From assembly GCF_963921235.1 (NCBI RefSeq), contig NC_086109.1, positions 18,478,001 to 18,542,000 on the forward strand: 64,000 bases of DNA, written 5' to 3'. Both the position numbers and the translations under genes were made by a program. This DNA is from Mobula hypostoma (taxonomy: Eukaryota). How positions within the stretch are numbered: position 1 is the stretch's first letter; each line of letters begins with the position of its first letter. The notes under the pieces are model-generated. The model was not told the origin of the DNA. It ran no database searches and saw only the letters and a list, made by a program, of their open reading frames with translations. Below, piece by piece: positions 37,945 through 50,750 of this stretch.

Positions 37945-39630
37945 TTAACTACTGGTTGGTAGAAGTATATCAATCTCTTTATTGGATGGTGTGATCAAAC
38001 TGTTATCCATGCCACAAGTGTTTGGAAGGTCCACCGTGGTGTTACAACCATCCACAGAAACGGCTGAGAGCTTTATGGAGGCTGTAGGGTTTGGTTCATT
38101 GGGTAGTGGTGCAACACAAACTGCAGCCTCAGTACCATCCGCTGAGCCCATCACTGCACCATGGTCCAAAGACGATTTTGATGAGACATCCTCATGATTC
38201 CCTGTTTCTCGCCAGTTAAAGAAACGCTGTGGTTGCACAGAGCTGGGGGTACTTGACTCGTTTTTGGAAGCAAGCCCGATTTGCGTTGGTCCACCATCCG
38301 CTGACGTTCTCCCCAGTGGGTGTGGTGAAGCTGGAGACTGTGCAAGGCCGGGCTTTTTAGGAGGAATGGGTGGTGGATTGCCTCGATCCACCCTTGATGT
38401 CGTTGGCGATCTTATACAAGGTACCAGTGGACTCTGAGGACTAGAGACTTTGCTACTGTTTGGTGAATGATTGGCATCACTGATTGGAGCTTTTGTTGAA
38501 GTGCCCAGCTGCCGATAGTCAGTACCAAACGGGGAATTATTTGTAGTTTTGAGGGTATTCGTCTGACTTGTAAACCTAGAAAGGACTTGGGTCACAGTAT
38601 TACGAGCCAACTGTTTGGCAGCTGAACTGTCCAAGGTAGTGGGCGACAGATCCCTTGGGGGAGGACTCTGTAGGACACCAGTCTGTTGATCTTGCTCTGC
38701 CTGTGCTTGGAACTTAAATCGAGCAGCATGAAACCTTTGATTTAGCCCAGCTTGGTAGGAGGACTGAAAGCTGGTCGTGGGGCTTGCTGAACCAATCAGT
38801 CGTTTTGTCAACACAGGGGATGAGCATGGGGAGGAAGATACTGAAGAGGCAGCCGATGAATTTACGGTGTTGTTTGGAGAACCAGTGAAATGTGGTGCGT
38901 AGCTCGTGGTCACTGTGGCAGCTCCATTTTCACTGACGTGATCCGGAGTGGGAGAAACAGGTTTGTTCTCATTTGCATAAATGCCATCCGTTTCATTGTC
39001 ATCAGTTGACTGATCGTCGTTGTTATTAAATGCAAGTGTCGCACAGTGCCCGTTTAGATGTGGAACAAACACTGGCATTTTAGGTGATGTGCAATGTCCT
39101 GGTTTTGTATCACTTCTGCTTGTCACTTCCACATATGGAAGATCTACTTGGCATGATTTACTTTTATTAGACCCAGTCCCTACTGATGAGCCTGCTTCAT
39201 TCCCTGTTGTTTTAATTGAGGTTCCTGCTCCACTTTTAAGTTCTGCAATGATTTTTTTTAAATGTTCCACTTCTTCATTGAGAGCTCGTGTTTGGTTTTC
39301 TTCGCGGTTTAGCTTAGCTCTCAGCTGCTCCTTCTCAGTGTCAAATTCAAAGAGCTGTTTCTCCATTTGGGCTTCCTTCTGCAAGGCCCGTCTCTTCTCA
39401 ATGGTCAACTCTTCTTCCAATTTGCAGCTCCTTTCCAGCTCTTTCTCAAGCTTTAATTTTAGCTCTGCAGCTTTCTGCATTTCCTCTGCTGACTTGTTAG
39501 TTGCTTTTTTGCATTCTTTCACCAACACTGTGGTCAGCTGCTTGTGCCGTGATCGTTCTTCCTCCAACTGCGTGGACACCTTCTTCTGCTCCTTTTCCAC
39601 CTTCTTCACCTGCGACTTTTCAAACTCCAG
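37945..39630 (-). CDS. CTTNBP2NL: CTTNBP2NL terminal coding exon (coiled-coil plus Ser/Pro-rich tail)
   Basis: AG acceptor at 39631-39632. Starts LEFEKSQVKKVEKEQKK and contains NQRFHAARFKFQ, AAKQLARNTVTQVLSRFT and RGNPPPIPPKKPG. Ends LLPTSS-TAA with no ankyrin repeats, which fits the NL paralogue rather than CTTNBP2. Confidence 0.93.
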   Translation of the reverse strand: MEFEKSQVKKVEKEQKKVSTQLEEERSRHKQLTTVLVKECKKATNKSAEEMQKAAELKLKLEKELERSCKLEEELTIEKRRALQKEAQMEKQLFEFDTEKEQLRAKLNREENQTRALNEEVEHLKKIIAELKSGAGTSIKTTGNEAGSSVGTGSNKSKSCQVDLPYVEVTSRSDTKPGHCTSPKMPVFVPHLNGHCATLAFNNNDDQSTDDNETDGIYANENKPVSPTPDHVSENGAATVTTSYAPHFTGSPNNTVNSSAASSVSSSPCSSPVLTKRLIGSASPTTSFQSSYQAGLNQRFHAARFKFQAQAEQDQQTGVLQSPPPRDLSPTTLDSSAAKQLARNTVTQVLSRFTSQTNTLKTTNNSPFGTDYRQLGTSTKAPISDANHSPNSSKVSSPQSPLVPCIRSPTTSRVDRGNPPPIPPKKPGLAQSPASPHPLGRTSADGGPTQIGLASKNESSTPSSVQPQRFFNWRETGNHEDVSSKSSLDHGAVMGSADGTEAAVCVAPLPNEPNPTASIKLSAVSVDGCNTTVDLPNTCGMDNSLITPSNKEIDILLPTSS

Positions 39631-41360
39631 CTACGCAGATGCATTTTGGGGAAGAAAGAGAAAAACAAATTTATTTTACTACAATCTATATTTTCCCCAT
39701 TGTGAAGATTTTCGTCTATAGGTAATTGAAGTGACGTGGCTTTTCTGCTACTTATCACAAGGCTAAGGTGTAAAATATAGGATAAGCAGGTCACAGTTGT
39801 ACCTTTAAAATTAAAGTTTAGCTTTATTTGTCACATGTACATCAAAACATTTAGGGAAATGTGTTGTTTGATTCAACATCCAACACAATTCAAGAATATG
39901 CTAGGGGTACCATGCTTCCAGTGCCAACATAGCATACATACCAAACCAGAGCACCTAAAGGAAACCACATGGTCATGGGGAGAACACACAAACTTCTTAC
40001 AGACAGTGGCAAGATCTGAACCTCAATCTTCCCACTGCTGACACTGTGAAGTGTTACGCTAAGTGCCACGCTCCAATGCTGCATTTTTTTCATACAACCT
40101 ATTTCAAAGGCAGGTTAAAACGCTAGAAATCAAATAAAATGAGGGGCAGGAAAAACTGGAGTAATAGCTTAGGATAATAATAAAGTATGCATTGCTAAAA
40201 ATGAAGACCGTACCTTTTTTCTTTTATAAACTCTCAAGTCTGTTTCATAGATGGCTTATTCATGATCTATTACCAAGGATACCTGCCATTGTTTGAAAAC
40301 ACAACTGTATATCATAATCCTAAATTGAATATTGATCTTAATCAAGCGACAAAGGAGTGTATGTGTGATAATGTACTATGTCCATACACCATACAATCAG
40401 GCTAATTTATATACTTGAGACAGGAAACATCAGTCATGTGGCACAGGGGCAGAAGCTCAGTTCTAGGTTGCACAAAGATCATTGATATACATCTCACTGC
40501 ATTTCCCTAAATATTTTTAAAACTTCGTCAGGTTCCCCCGTTGTTCTTTTGCACTTCCCTCAAACTGTGTATTACTTAACTAAAAAAATCTGTCTTCATA
40601 GTTAAAAATATAAATAAAATCTTTATGGAAACTAAACTTCAATATGGAAACTGATCCATTATTAATGAGAACCAGGAGAAAAAGAAATCATCACACCCAC
40701 CACAAGAATGCAAGTCGTTGAGGGTGCAGACTGCGTGCCTCCACCATACCAGCAGGTGCATTCTTCCATGAACATTTTTTTTGCCACAGTTTCCTAGAGA
40801 TTGAGATTCTTTTATTTATCACATGTGCATAGGAGCACAATGAAATGTGTCATTTACGTTAAACAACCAACACAACCTAAAACTATGCTGAGGATGGGGG
40901 TAAGTGTCACCATACATTCTGGCGCCAAAATAGCATGCCCACAATGTTATCAGAACAAGGAAAGCAACAAAACAATAAAAGCATGAATCAGAGTTCTGGT
41001 CACATAACAACCATTGAGATCAAAAACTATTCAAATCAGGTTCATGAGATTGATTTAAAATTCAAACAGTAAATATCCAGGGCTTTTAGTTAAAAGATTG
41101 TCTCTTAGAAATATGTTTCCTTCAAGAGAATTTGTTTATTTTGAACAAAAGCACAAACTGTTTATTATAATGTAGTCATCCTTTTAGTTGAAGTGCTTTT
41201 TCGAGATCTCTGCACTTTTACTGCTATTATATGATGTAGCAGACTCGATGGGCTGAATGGCCCAATTCTGCTCCAGTGTCCTATGGTTTAGCTATGACGC
41301 CCCAAAGGATCTACTTGGCAGAGACAGTGCAATAGAGTGAAATGGGTGGTGATCCTACTG

Positions 41361-44300
41361 AAACATAGAAAAACCTACAGCACAATACAGACCCTTCAGC
41401 CCACAATGCTGTGCCAAACATGTCCTTACTTTAGAAATTACCTAGGGTTACCCATAGCCCTCTAGTTTTCTAAGCTCCATGTACCTGTCCAGGAGTCTCT
41501 TAAAAAACCCTATCATATTCGCCTCCACGACCTTCGCCTCCAGCCAACTCCACACACTCACCACTCTGCGTAAAAAACTTACCCCTGACATCTCCTCTGT
41601 ATCTACTTCCAAGCACCTTAAAACTGTGCCCTCTCATATTAGCCATTTCAGCCCTGGGGAAAAAAAACTCTGACTATCCACACAATCAATGCCTCTCATC
41701 ATCTTATACACCTCTATCAGGTCTCATCCTCCGTCGCTCCCAGGAGAAAAGGCCAAGTTCACTCAACCTGTTCTCATAAGGCATGCTCCCCAATCCAAGC
41801 AACATCCTTGTAAATCTCCTCTGCACCCTTTCTATGCCTTCCACAGCCTTCCTGTAGTGAGGCGACCAGAACTGTACTCCAAGTGGGGTCTGATCAGGGT
41901 CCTATATAGTTGTAATATTAACCAACCCACACTCCCCCCCACCCGGCTCCTGAACTCAATCCCATGGTTGATGAAGGCCAGTGCATCATATGCCTTCTTA
42001 ACCACAGAGTCAACCTGTGTAGCAGCTTTGAGTGTCCTATGGACTTGGACCCTAAGGTCCCTCTGATCCTCCACACTGCCAAGAGTCTTACCATTGATAC
42101 CATATTCTGTCAAATATTTGACCTACCAAAATGAACCACCTCACACTTTTCTGGGTTGAGCTCCACCTGCCACTTCTCAGCCCAGTTTTGCATCCTATCG
42201 ATATCCCACTGTAACCTCTGACAGCCCTCTACACTATCCACAACACCTCCAACCTTTGTGTCATCAGAAAATTTATTAACCCATCCTCCGACTTCATCCA
42301 GATCATTTATAAAAATCATGAAGAGCAGGGTCCCAGAACAGATCCCTGAGGCACACCCCTGGTCATCAACCTCCATGCAGAATATGACCCATCTACAACC
42401 AATCTTTGCCTTCTGCAGGAAGCCAATTCTGAATCCACAAGGCAATGTCCTCTTGGATCCCATGCCTCCTTACTTTCTCAATAAGCCTTGCATGGGGTAC
42501 CTTGTCAAATGCCTTGCTGAAATCCATATACACTATATCTACTGCTCTACCTTCAATGTGTTTATTCACATCCCCAAAAAATTCAACCAGGCTCGAAAGA
42601 AACGACCTGCCTTTGACCTGCCAATAGCCATGCTGACTATTCCTTATCTTATTATGGCTCTCCATATGTTCATAAATCATGCCTTTCAGGATCTTTTCCA
42701 TCAACTTACCAATCACTGAAGTAAAACTTACTGGTCTATAATCTCCTGGGCTATCTCTACTCCCTTTCTTGAATGAGGGAACAACATCCGCAACCCTCCA
42801 ATCCTTCGGAACCTCTTCCGTCCCCATTGATGATTCAAAGATCATCGCCAGAGGCTCTGCAATCTCCTCCCTCGCCTCCCACAATAGCCTGGGGTACATC
42901 TCATCTGGTCCCGGTGACTTATCCAACTTGATGCTTTCCAAAAGCTCCAGCACATCCTCTTTCTTAATATCTATATGCTAAAGCTTTTCAGTCTGCTGTA
43001 AGTCATCCCTACAATCGCCAAGATCCTTTTCCGTAGTGAATACTGAAGCAAAGTATTCATTAAGTACCTCTGCTGTCTCCTCCGATTCCATACACACTTT
43101 TCCACTGTCACGTTTGATTGGTTCTCTTCTCTCACGTCTTATCCTCTTGCTCTTCACATACTTGTAGAATGCCTTGGTGTTTTCCTTAATCCTCTCTGCC
43201 AATGTCTTCTCATGGCCCCTTCTGGCTCTCCTAATTTCATTCTTAAGCTCCTTCCTGCTAGCCTTATAATCTTTTAGATCTCTGTCACTGCCTAGCTTTT
43301 TGAACATTTTGTAAGCTTTTCTTTTCTTCTTGACTAGATTTACAACAGCCTTTGTATACCACCGTTCCTGTACCTTACCATCCTTTCCGTCTCATTGGAA
43401 CGTACCTATGCAGAACTCCACGCAAATGTCCCTTGAACATTTGCCACATTTCTTCCATACATTTCCCTGAGAACATCTGTTCTCAATTTATACTTCCAAG
43501 TTCCTGCCTGATAGCCTCATATTTTCCCTTACTCCAATTAAACGCTTTCCTAACTTGTCTGTTCCTATTCCTCTCCAATGCTCTGGTAAAGGAGATAGAA
43601 TTGTGATCACTATCTCCAAAATGCTCTCCCACTGACAGATCTGACATCTGACCACGATCAATTCCCATTATCAGATCAAGTATAGCCTCTCCTCTTGTAG
43701 GCTTATCTACATATCGTGTCAAGAAAGCTTCCTGAACACACCTAACAAACTCCAACCCATCTAAAGCCCTTGCTCTAGGGAGATGCCAATCAAAATTTGG
43801 GAAATTAAAATCTCCCACCATGACAACCCTGTTATTATTACACCTTTCAGAATCTGTCTCCCTATATGCTCCTCGATGTCCCTGTTATTATTGGGTGGTC
43901 TATAAAATTAAACACCCAATAGAATTATTGACCCCTTCCTGTTCCTAATTTCCACCCACAGAGACTCAATAGACAATCCCTCCATGACTTCCTCCTTTTT
44001 TGCAGCCGCGACACTATCTCTGATCAGCAGTGCCACGCCCCCACCTCTTTTGCCTCCCTCCCTGTAATTTCTGAAACCTCTAAAGCCTGCCACTCTAAGT
44101 AACCATTCCTGCCCCTGAACCATCCATGTCTCTGTAATGGCCACAACGTCACAGGTCCAAGCACTGACCCACGCTCTAAGCTCATCTGCTTTGTTCATAA
44201 TACTCCTTGCATTAAAATAGACACATCTTAAACCATCGGTCTGAGCGCATCCCTTCTCTATCACCTGCCTATCCTCCCTCTTGCACTGTCTATAAGCTTT

Positions 44301-45472
44301 CTCTACTTGTGAGCCAACCACCTCTTCCTCCGTCTCTTCAGTTTGGTTCCCACCCCCCAGCAATCCTAGTTTAAACTCTCCCCGATAGCCTTAGCAAACC
44401 TCCCTGCCAGGATAATGGGCCCCCTGGGATTCAAGTGCAACCCGTCCTTTTTGTTCAGGACACCCCAGCCCCAAAAGAGGTCCCAATGATCCAGAAATCT
44501 GATCCCTGCCCCCTGCTCCAATCTGTCAGCTATGCATTCATCCTCCACCTCACTCTGTTCCTATACTCACTGTCACGTGGCACAGACAGTAATCCCGAGA
44601 TTACTAATTTTGAGGTCCTGCTTCTCAACTTCCTTCCTAACTCCCTGTAGTCCGCTTTCAGGACCTCCTCCCTTTTCCTACCTATGTCATTGGTACCAAT
44701 ATGTATCACGACCTCTGGTACATATTACACCTTTCCAGAATCTGTCTCCCTATATGCTCCTCGTTGTCTCTGTTACTATTGGGTGGTCTATAAAAAACAC
44801 CCAATAGAGTTATTGACCCCTTCTTGTTCCTAACTTCCACCCACAGAGACTCAATAGACAATCCCTCCTTGACTTCCTCCTTCCCACTTTAGGATATCAT
44901 GGATGCGATCAGAAACATCCTGGACCCTGGCACCTGGGAGGCAAACTACCATCCGTGTTTCTTTCCTGCGTACATAGAATCGCCTGTCTGACCCTCTAAC
45001 TATAGAGTCCCCTATCACTGCTGCCATCCTCTTCCTTTCCCTATCCTTCTGAGCCACAGGGCCAGGCTCTGTGCCAGAAGTGTGTCAACTGTTGCCTCCC
45101 CCAGGTAGGCTGTCCCCCGAACGGTACTCAAACAGGAGTACTTATTGTTAAGGGGGACAGCCACAGGGGTACTCTCTAGTATCTGCTTCTTGCCCTTCCC
45201 TCTCCTGTTACCCACTTATCTGTCTCCCGAGGGACCAGTGTGACGCCTTGTCTATAGCTCCTCTCTATCACCTCCTCACTCTCCCTGACCAGATGAAGGT
45301 TATCGAGCTGCATTTCCAGTTCCCTAAGGAACTGCAGTTCGACGCACTTGGCACAGGTGTGGCCGTCCGGGAGGCTGGGAGTCTCCCGGACTTCCCACAT
45401 CTGACACCCAGTACAGAACATCGGCCTCACACACATACTTCCTGTCTGTATTCTACACAGGCAACTTATCTC
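41361..45472 (-). mobile_element. Near-full-length CR1 LINE in a CTTNBP2NL intron, same family as 15563-20362
   Basis: CTGCQMW..HTCAKC; VIGDSIVR (SGNH); YFNARSI..ITETW (APE); RT motifs. Multiple frameshifts. Confidence 0.92.
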
Positions 45473-46211
45473 GAGTTTAAATCTAGAGGACAGTGATTCT
45501 TTGCAAATCTTTACTGCTGTGGTGGCTGAGCCATTGAGTTTATTTAAGAAAGATGGATAGATGGTTGGATATCAAGGGAATGAAGGAAATGGGTTACAGT
45601 ATGAAAGAGGAATAGAGGTACAAGATCTGCTATGATGTTACAGAATGGCAGAGCCAGCACAAGGGTCCAACTTGCCTGCTGCTGATATACTCTTTAACTT
45701 TTCATCAAGTATCATGTACATATTCATAAGGCAAATGACTAGGCAGACTGTTGGGCTTCTGCACACTCACTTCAACATCTAATTAGTAATGTGAAAGTGT
45801 GGCCTTCAGTGAACTGTCCTTCAACTTTTTGTTTTACTTTTCCTTGCAAGGAATGCATTAATTTCACAAAGTGTGGGATTCACTGTTGTTCATTAATTCA
45901 AAGTGCACATTATGTAAGCAGGCTGTAAAGAAAGCAGGTTAAATTTTATGCAGAATTGCAAAGAACATCCAGTTTAAGTGAGTATTATATCCTATTTTAG
46001 TTCCTATATTGGTAAAGGATTTGCATACATGGAAAAATATGGAAATGAAAGCAACCAGAATGATGCTTAACAAAAATTAATTTCTGAGGACAGGGTCCAA
46101 GTTTGTGTCGTAATTGCACCTCATGCTAAATATCAATCTTCTGGAAATATTTCATTAATTGTTAATTTATATGTTGTAACATTACCTTGTGTTGTGTGTG
46201 AGTTATATGTA

Positions 46212-47453
46212 CAGGTGGCCCCGTTTTCAGAACGTTCGCTTTACGACACCTCGCTGTTACGAAAGACCTACATTAGTTACCTGTTTTCGCTAACAGAAGG
46301 TGTTTTCACTGTTATGAAAAAAGGCAGCGCGTGATAAAAGTCAGCACACGCTCGAAAAGCTAAGCTCCTCACCCGGAACTGCATTCTAGCCGCCATTGCT
46401 TAAACACGTGCTTTATCTCGATTTATTTTTTGCATCCGTTAGCAAGATGAGTTCTAAGGTATCGGAAAAGCCTAAAAGAGCTCGTAAAGGTGTTACACTT
46501 AGCGTAAAACTAGACATAATTAAGCGTTTCGATCATGGTGAACGAAGTAAGGACATTATCCGCATGTTGAACTTGCCTGTGTCCACCATTCGCACTATTT
46601 ATACGCAGAGAGAAAGAATTTTGAAAGCTGCCGATGTTGCTATTGGTTCTGCTCGTAGCAAAGTGGCCTCTCTTAGTCGGCATCCAATAATGGATAAAAT
46701 GGAAGGTCTATTGCTTGTGTGGATTGATGGGTGTACAAAGCATGGGTTCTGTTAAGTTTTCTTATACAGGAGAAATCAGTCAGCCTTTTTAATAAGCTGA
46801 AACAGAAAGCACTGGACGATGCTGATGAAAGTGTTGCAAAAGTGGAATTTAAAGGTAGTCATGGGTGGTTTGATTGGTTTCGAAGCGAGGGCAGCTTCAT
46901 AGTTTAACATTTACTGGAGAGAGTGCTTCGGCTGATGCTGTAGCTGCCGAAAAGTTCCCAGCAGAACTGAAGAAAATAATTACAGAAGGTGGTTATTCAT
47001 ATAAGCAAGTGCTTAACTGTGATGAAATTGCAATTTATTGGAGTCTTCCTGATTCCGGTAAGTGAAACTACACTGTACATACATTATTTCTACTTTATAT
47101 AGGCTGTGTTATTTGGTATGATTTTGCAGCTTCATAGCTTAAAGGTTACTGGAGAGTGTCTCTGCAGAGTGCTGCCGTGAGATTTTCGCTGCGCTAGACA
47201 GTGCTGCAGAAAAGTATTTCTACCTTATATAGGCTGTGTATTTATCATATCGTTCCTGCTTTTACTATATGTTGCTGCTATTTTAGGTTTTATGTGTTAT
47301 TTGGCATAATTTTGTATGTTATTTTTTGGGTCTGGGAACGCTCAAAAAATTTTCCCATATTAATAAATGGTAATTGCTTATTCACTTTACGACATTCCGG
47401 CTTATGAACTGTTTCATAGGAACGCTCTACCTTTGGATAACGGGGGAAACCTG
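46212..47453 (+). mobile_element. Tigger/pogo DNA transposon, internally deleted
   Basis: TA|CAGGT...ACCTG|TA termini; HTH RKGVTLSVKLDIIKRFDHGE..LNLPVSTIRTI; FKGSHGWFD; KQVLNCDE. Confidence 0.88.
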
Positions 47454-48547
47454 TATTGTGTTAGAGAATGGTTGTTTCATTTGGCAGTATTCATGCGAAT
47501 GTCTGAAGGTTAATAAACTTGAACTTGTTAGGGCAACACACTTTCCAGCAGTACAGTCTTAAGACTGAGGTTTCCAAGACAAGATTTAGTCTGATTGATT
47601 TATTTGGAGATAAAACCATAAGTCTTGACAGAATGTATTAAAAAAAAAGTACAGAAATGGTTAATAATAAAATAAAAAGATTTTTTCCCCTGAAGAGTCA
47701 TTGCTCTCTCATAGCCTAGTCAAATTTGTAGTGGATGTTGAATGATGGCAGTTTTTTAAAACAGAAACTTGATCATTTCCAGAATGACAGAAACAATTCC
47801 AGTTATTTAGGGCACATTGTTACTTTGCTGAAATTATGAAAAATAGTGAAAAGCTTAGGTTTCATGGACTTTACTCAGCCATATTTTACTTTCTATTTCT
47901 GGCTGTCTTGCTGGACCGTACAAGTTTTTCCAACCAGGCATATGATTCCATTACATGTATAATCAGATCGTAAGATGTAGAAGCAGAATTAGGTCACTTG
48001 GCCATCAAGTCTGCTCCACCATTTCATCATGGCTGATTCATTTCCCCTTCAGCCCCAATCTCCTGGCTTCTCCCTGTATCTCTTCATGCCCTTACTAATC
48101 AAGGATCTGTCAACATCTGCCTTAAATATACCCAGTGACTTGGCTTCCATGGCCACCTGTAGGAATGAATTCTGCAGATTCACCACTCACTAGATAAAGA
48201 AATTCCTCCTCATTGCTGTTCTAAATGGACTCCCTCTATTCTAAGGCTGTGTCCCCCAACTGCAGGAAACATCCTCTTCACATCCACTCTTTTGAGGCCT
48301 TTCAACATTCAATAGGTCTCAATGAGATTCCCACCCCACCCCACTCTTCTGAATTCCAAGTGAATACAGGCCCAGAACTATCAAACACTCCTCATATAGT
48401 ATTTCTCAATCCTGTGACCATTTTTGTGAATCTGCTTTGACCCCTCTCTGGTTTCAGCACATCTTTTCTTAGCTAAGGGGCCTAAAACTGTTCAAGATAC
48501 TCCAAGTGAGGCCTTACCAGTGCTTTGTAAAGCCTCAATATTACATC

Positions 48548-50750
48548 ATGAGAAAATCTGCAGATGCTGGAAATCCAAAGCAACACACACACAAAATGCT
48601 GGGGGATCTCAGTAGGTCATGCAGCACCTATAGAAAAGAGTCAACAGTTGATGTTTCGGGCCAAGAGTCTTCATCAGGACTGGAAAGAAAGGGGGAAGGA
48701 ATCGGACTAAGAAGGCGGGGGGGAGGGGTGAAGTAAAGAGCTGAGAAGTTGATTGGTGAAAAAGATAAAAGGGCTGGAGAAAGAGGAATCTGATAGGAGA
48801 GGGCAGAAGACCATGGAAGAAATGGAAGGGGAAGGAGCACCAGAAGGAGGTGATGGGCAGGGAAGGAGAGTAGGAAACAGGAATGGGGAATGGTGAAGGG
48901 GGCGGGTCAATTACAAGAAGCTTGAGAATTTGATGTTCATGCTATCAGGTTGGAGGCTACCAAGACAGAATATAAGATGTTACTCCTCCAATCTGAGTGT
49001 GGCCTCATCCTGGCAGCAGAGGAGGCTATGGACTGACATGTCATAATATGGAATGGGAAGTAAATCCTGCTTTTTGTAGCAGAAGGAATGAAGGTGCTTG
49101 ACAAAGCGATCCCCCAATCTATGTTGGGTGAGGGCAGCATTGATGGTGGAGGAAGGGAAGCCTCTTTCTTTGAAGAAGGAGGGCATCTCAGTTGTTCTGG
49201 AATGAAAAACCTCATCTAAGGAGCAGATGAGGCTGAGACGGAGGAAATGAGAGAAGGGAATAACAATATTACAAGTGCGGAGAGAGTGGAGAACAGCACG
49301 TTCAGAAGGGGTGAGATTGGAATTGGAAGAAGCGTGCTAAAGTCGAGATGGTTGATGTCTCGTCAGCAGTTAGCGACAAAATGATGCAGAGAAACCACGA
49401 GACCAGAGAGAGGGGTGTCTAGGAAGAGGAGGAGGGTTGAAGACAGGAGAAGGTATCATCGGTGCGGGGTGGAGAGTCCTTGCTAAAGAAGTAGGCACAG
49501 AGAAGAAGAGCTCAGTGTCATGGCGGGTGCAGAACTCATTGAGGTGTGGGTACAGGGGGACAAAGGTGAGGCCCTTATTGAGGACAGAACGTTCTGCCTC
49601 AGAGGGGGTAGAGCTGGTGGGGGGATCTGAGCGACACGGGATTGCAGTGGTGGTAGGGAAAGGGAAGACAGGGGTTCCAGTGGCAGAGTGTAAAGACCCG
49701 GTGTGTAAGTGCTATCGGTCAAGGTCCAGGCTGCAGCTGGAGTTAGCAGTCATGCAATTAACAGTTTGAAGGTGTCTGGGGTCATCGGAACTGCCACTGA
49801 TGGCAGTGGAATCCAGGTTCTGAATCCGCTCAGGATCATTGGAACTGGCGTTGGTGATGGTAGTGTCACCAATATGGAGGTGCCCAGAGCTGTCGGGGCT
49901 GGGGATGGATTCGAAAAGATTTGTAATCTGGGATCATCCAATAGTACTGAGTCCAAGCAGGAAGCAGCAGGGATCGTGGGCTGCCAGAGCTGGAGATTGC
50001 GGGATCTGCGGTCTGAAGATGGGTGACATTCCGATCCTTGCTGGATGCGAGAAAGGCAAAGAACTGGTGGTTGAAAGTGTGGATCTGGCGGAGGACAAAG
50101 TATTGGAAAGGTCCATCGTAGGCGGAGGAGGGAGAATCCCAGAAATGTGGCAGTGACTTGGACAGGGCCACCAGGTATCTCCTCATGGCACAAAGGGTAA
50201 GAGAGGACAGAAGACCGTGTAAGAAAGGGAAGGGGGAGGCGCACCAGAGAGAGGTGATGGACAGGTAAGAAGAGAAGGCATGAGAGTGAAACAGGAATGG
50301 GGAATGGTGAAGGAGAGGAGGGAGGTCAATTACCTGTAGTTCGAGATATCAATGTTCATACCATCAGGTTGGAGGCTACTCAGACGGAATAAAAGGTGTT
50401 GCAGTCCAACCTGAGTGTGGCTCATCATGGCAGTAGATGATGTGATAGACTGATATGTCAGAATGGGAATGGGAAGTAGAATGGAAATGGATGGCCACTG
50501 GGAAATCCACCCCTATCAGATTCTCCCTTCTCCAGTCATTTGTCTCTTTCACCAATCAACTTCCTAGCTTTTTACTTCACCCATCCCCCTCTCCTGGTGT
50601 CACCTTGTACTTTTTCCTCCACTTCCCTCCACCTTCTTAGTCCCACTCCTCCCCTCTTCCTTTCCAATCCTGATGAAGGGTCTTGGCCTACAGTGTTTCC
50701 ATAAATGCTGCCTGGCCTGCTGAGTTCCTCCAGCATTTTGTGTGTGTTGT
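48548..50750 (-). mobile_element. Older Penelope-like element with ORF remnants and an inverted tail (~50505-50750), inserted in a CR1 fragment (~47965-50945)
   Basis: LNKGLTFVPLYPHLNEF and LGDRFVKHL..EATLRLEE remnants; degenerate hammerhead cores at ~48645-48680 (-) and ~50668 (+); degenerate TSD tcaatattacatc / tcaacactgcagc. Confidence 0.8.

Noticed and set aside
39020..39721. 233-aa plus-strand ORF
   Set aside because: Antisense shadow of the CTTNBP2NL coiled-coil exon (Ser/Phe/Leu-rich mirror of Glu/Lys codons).
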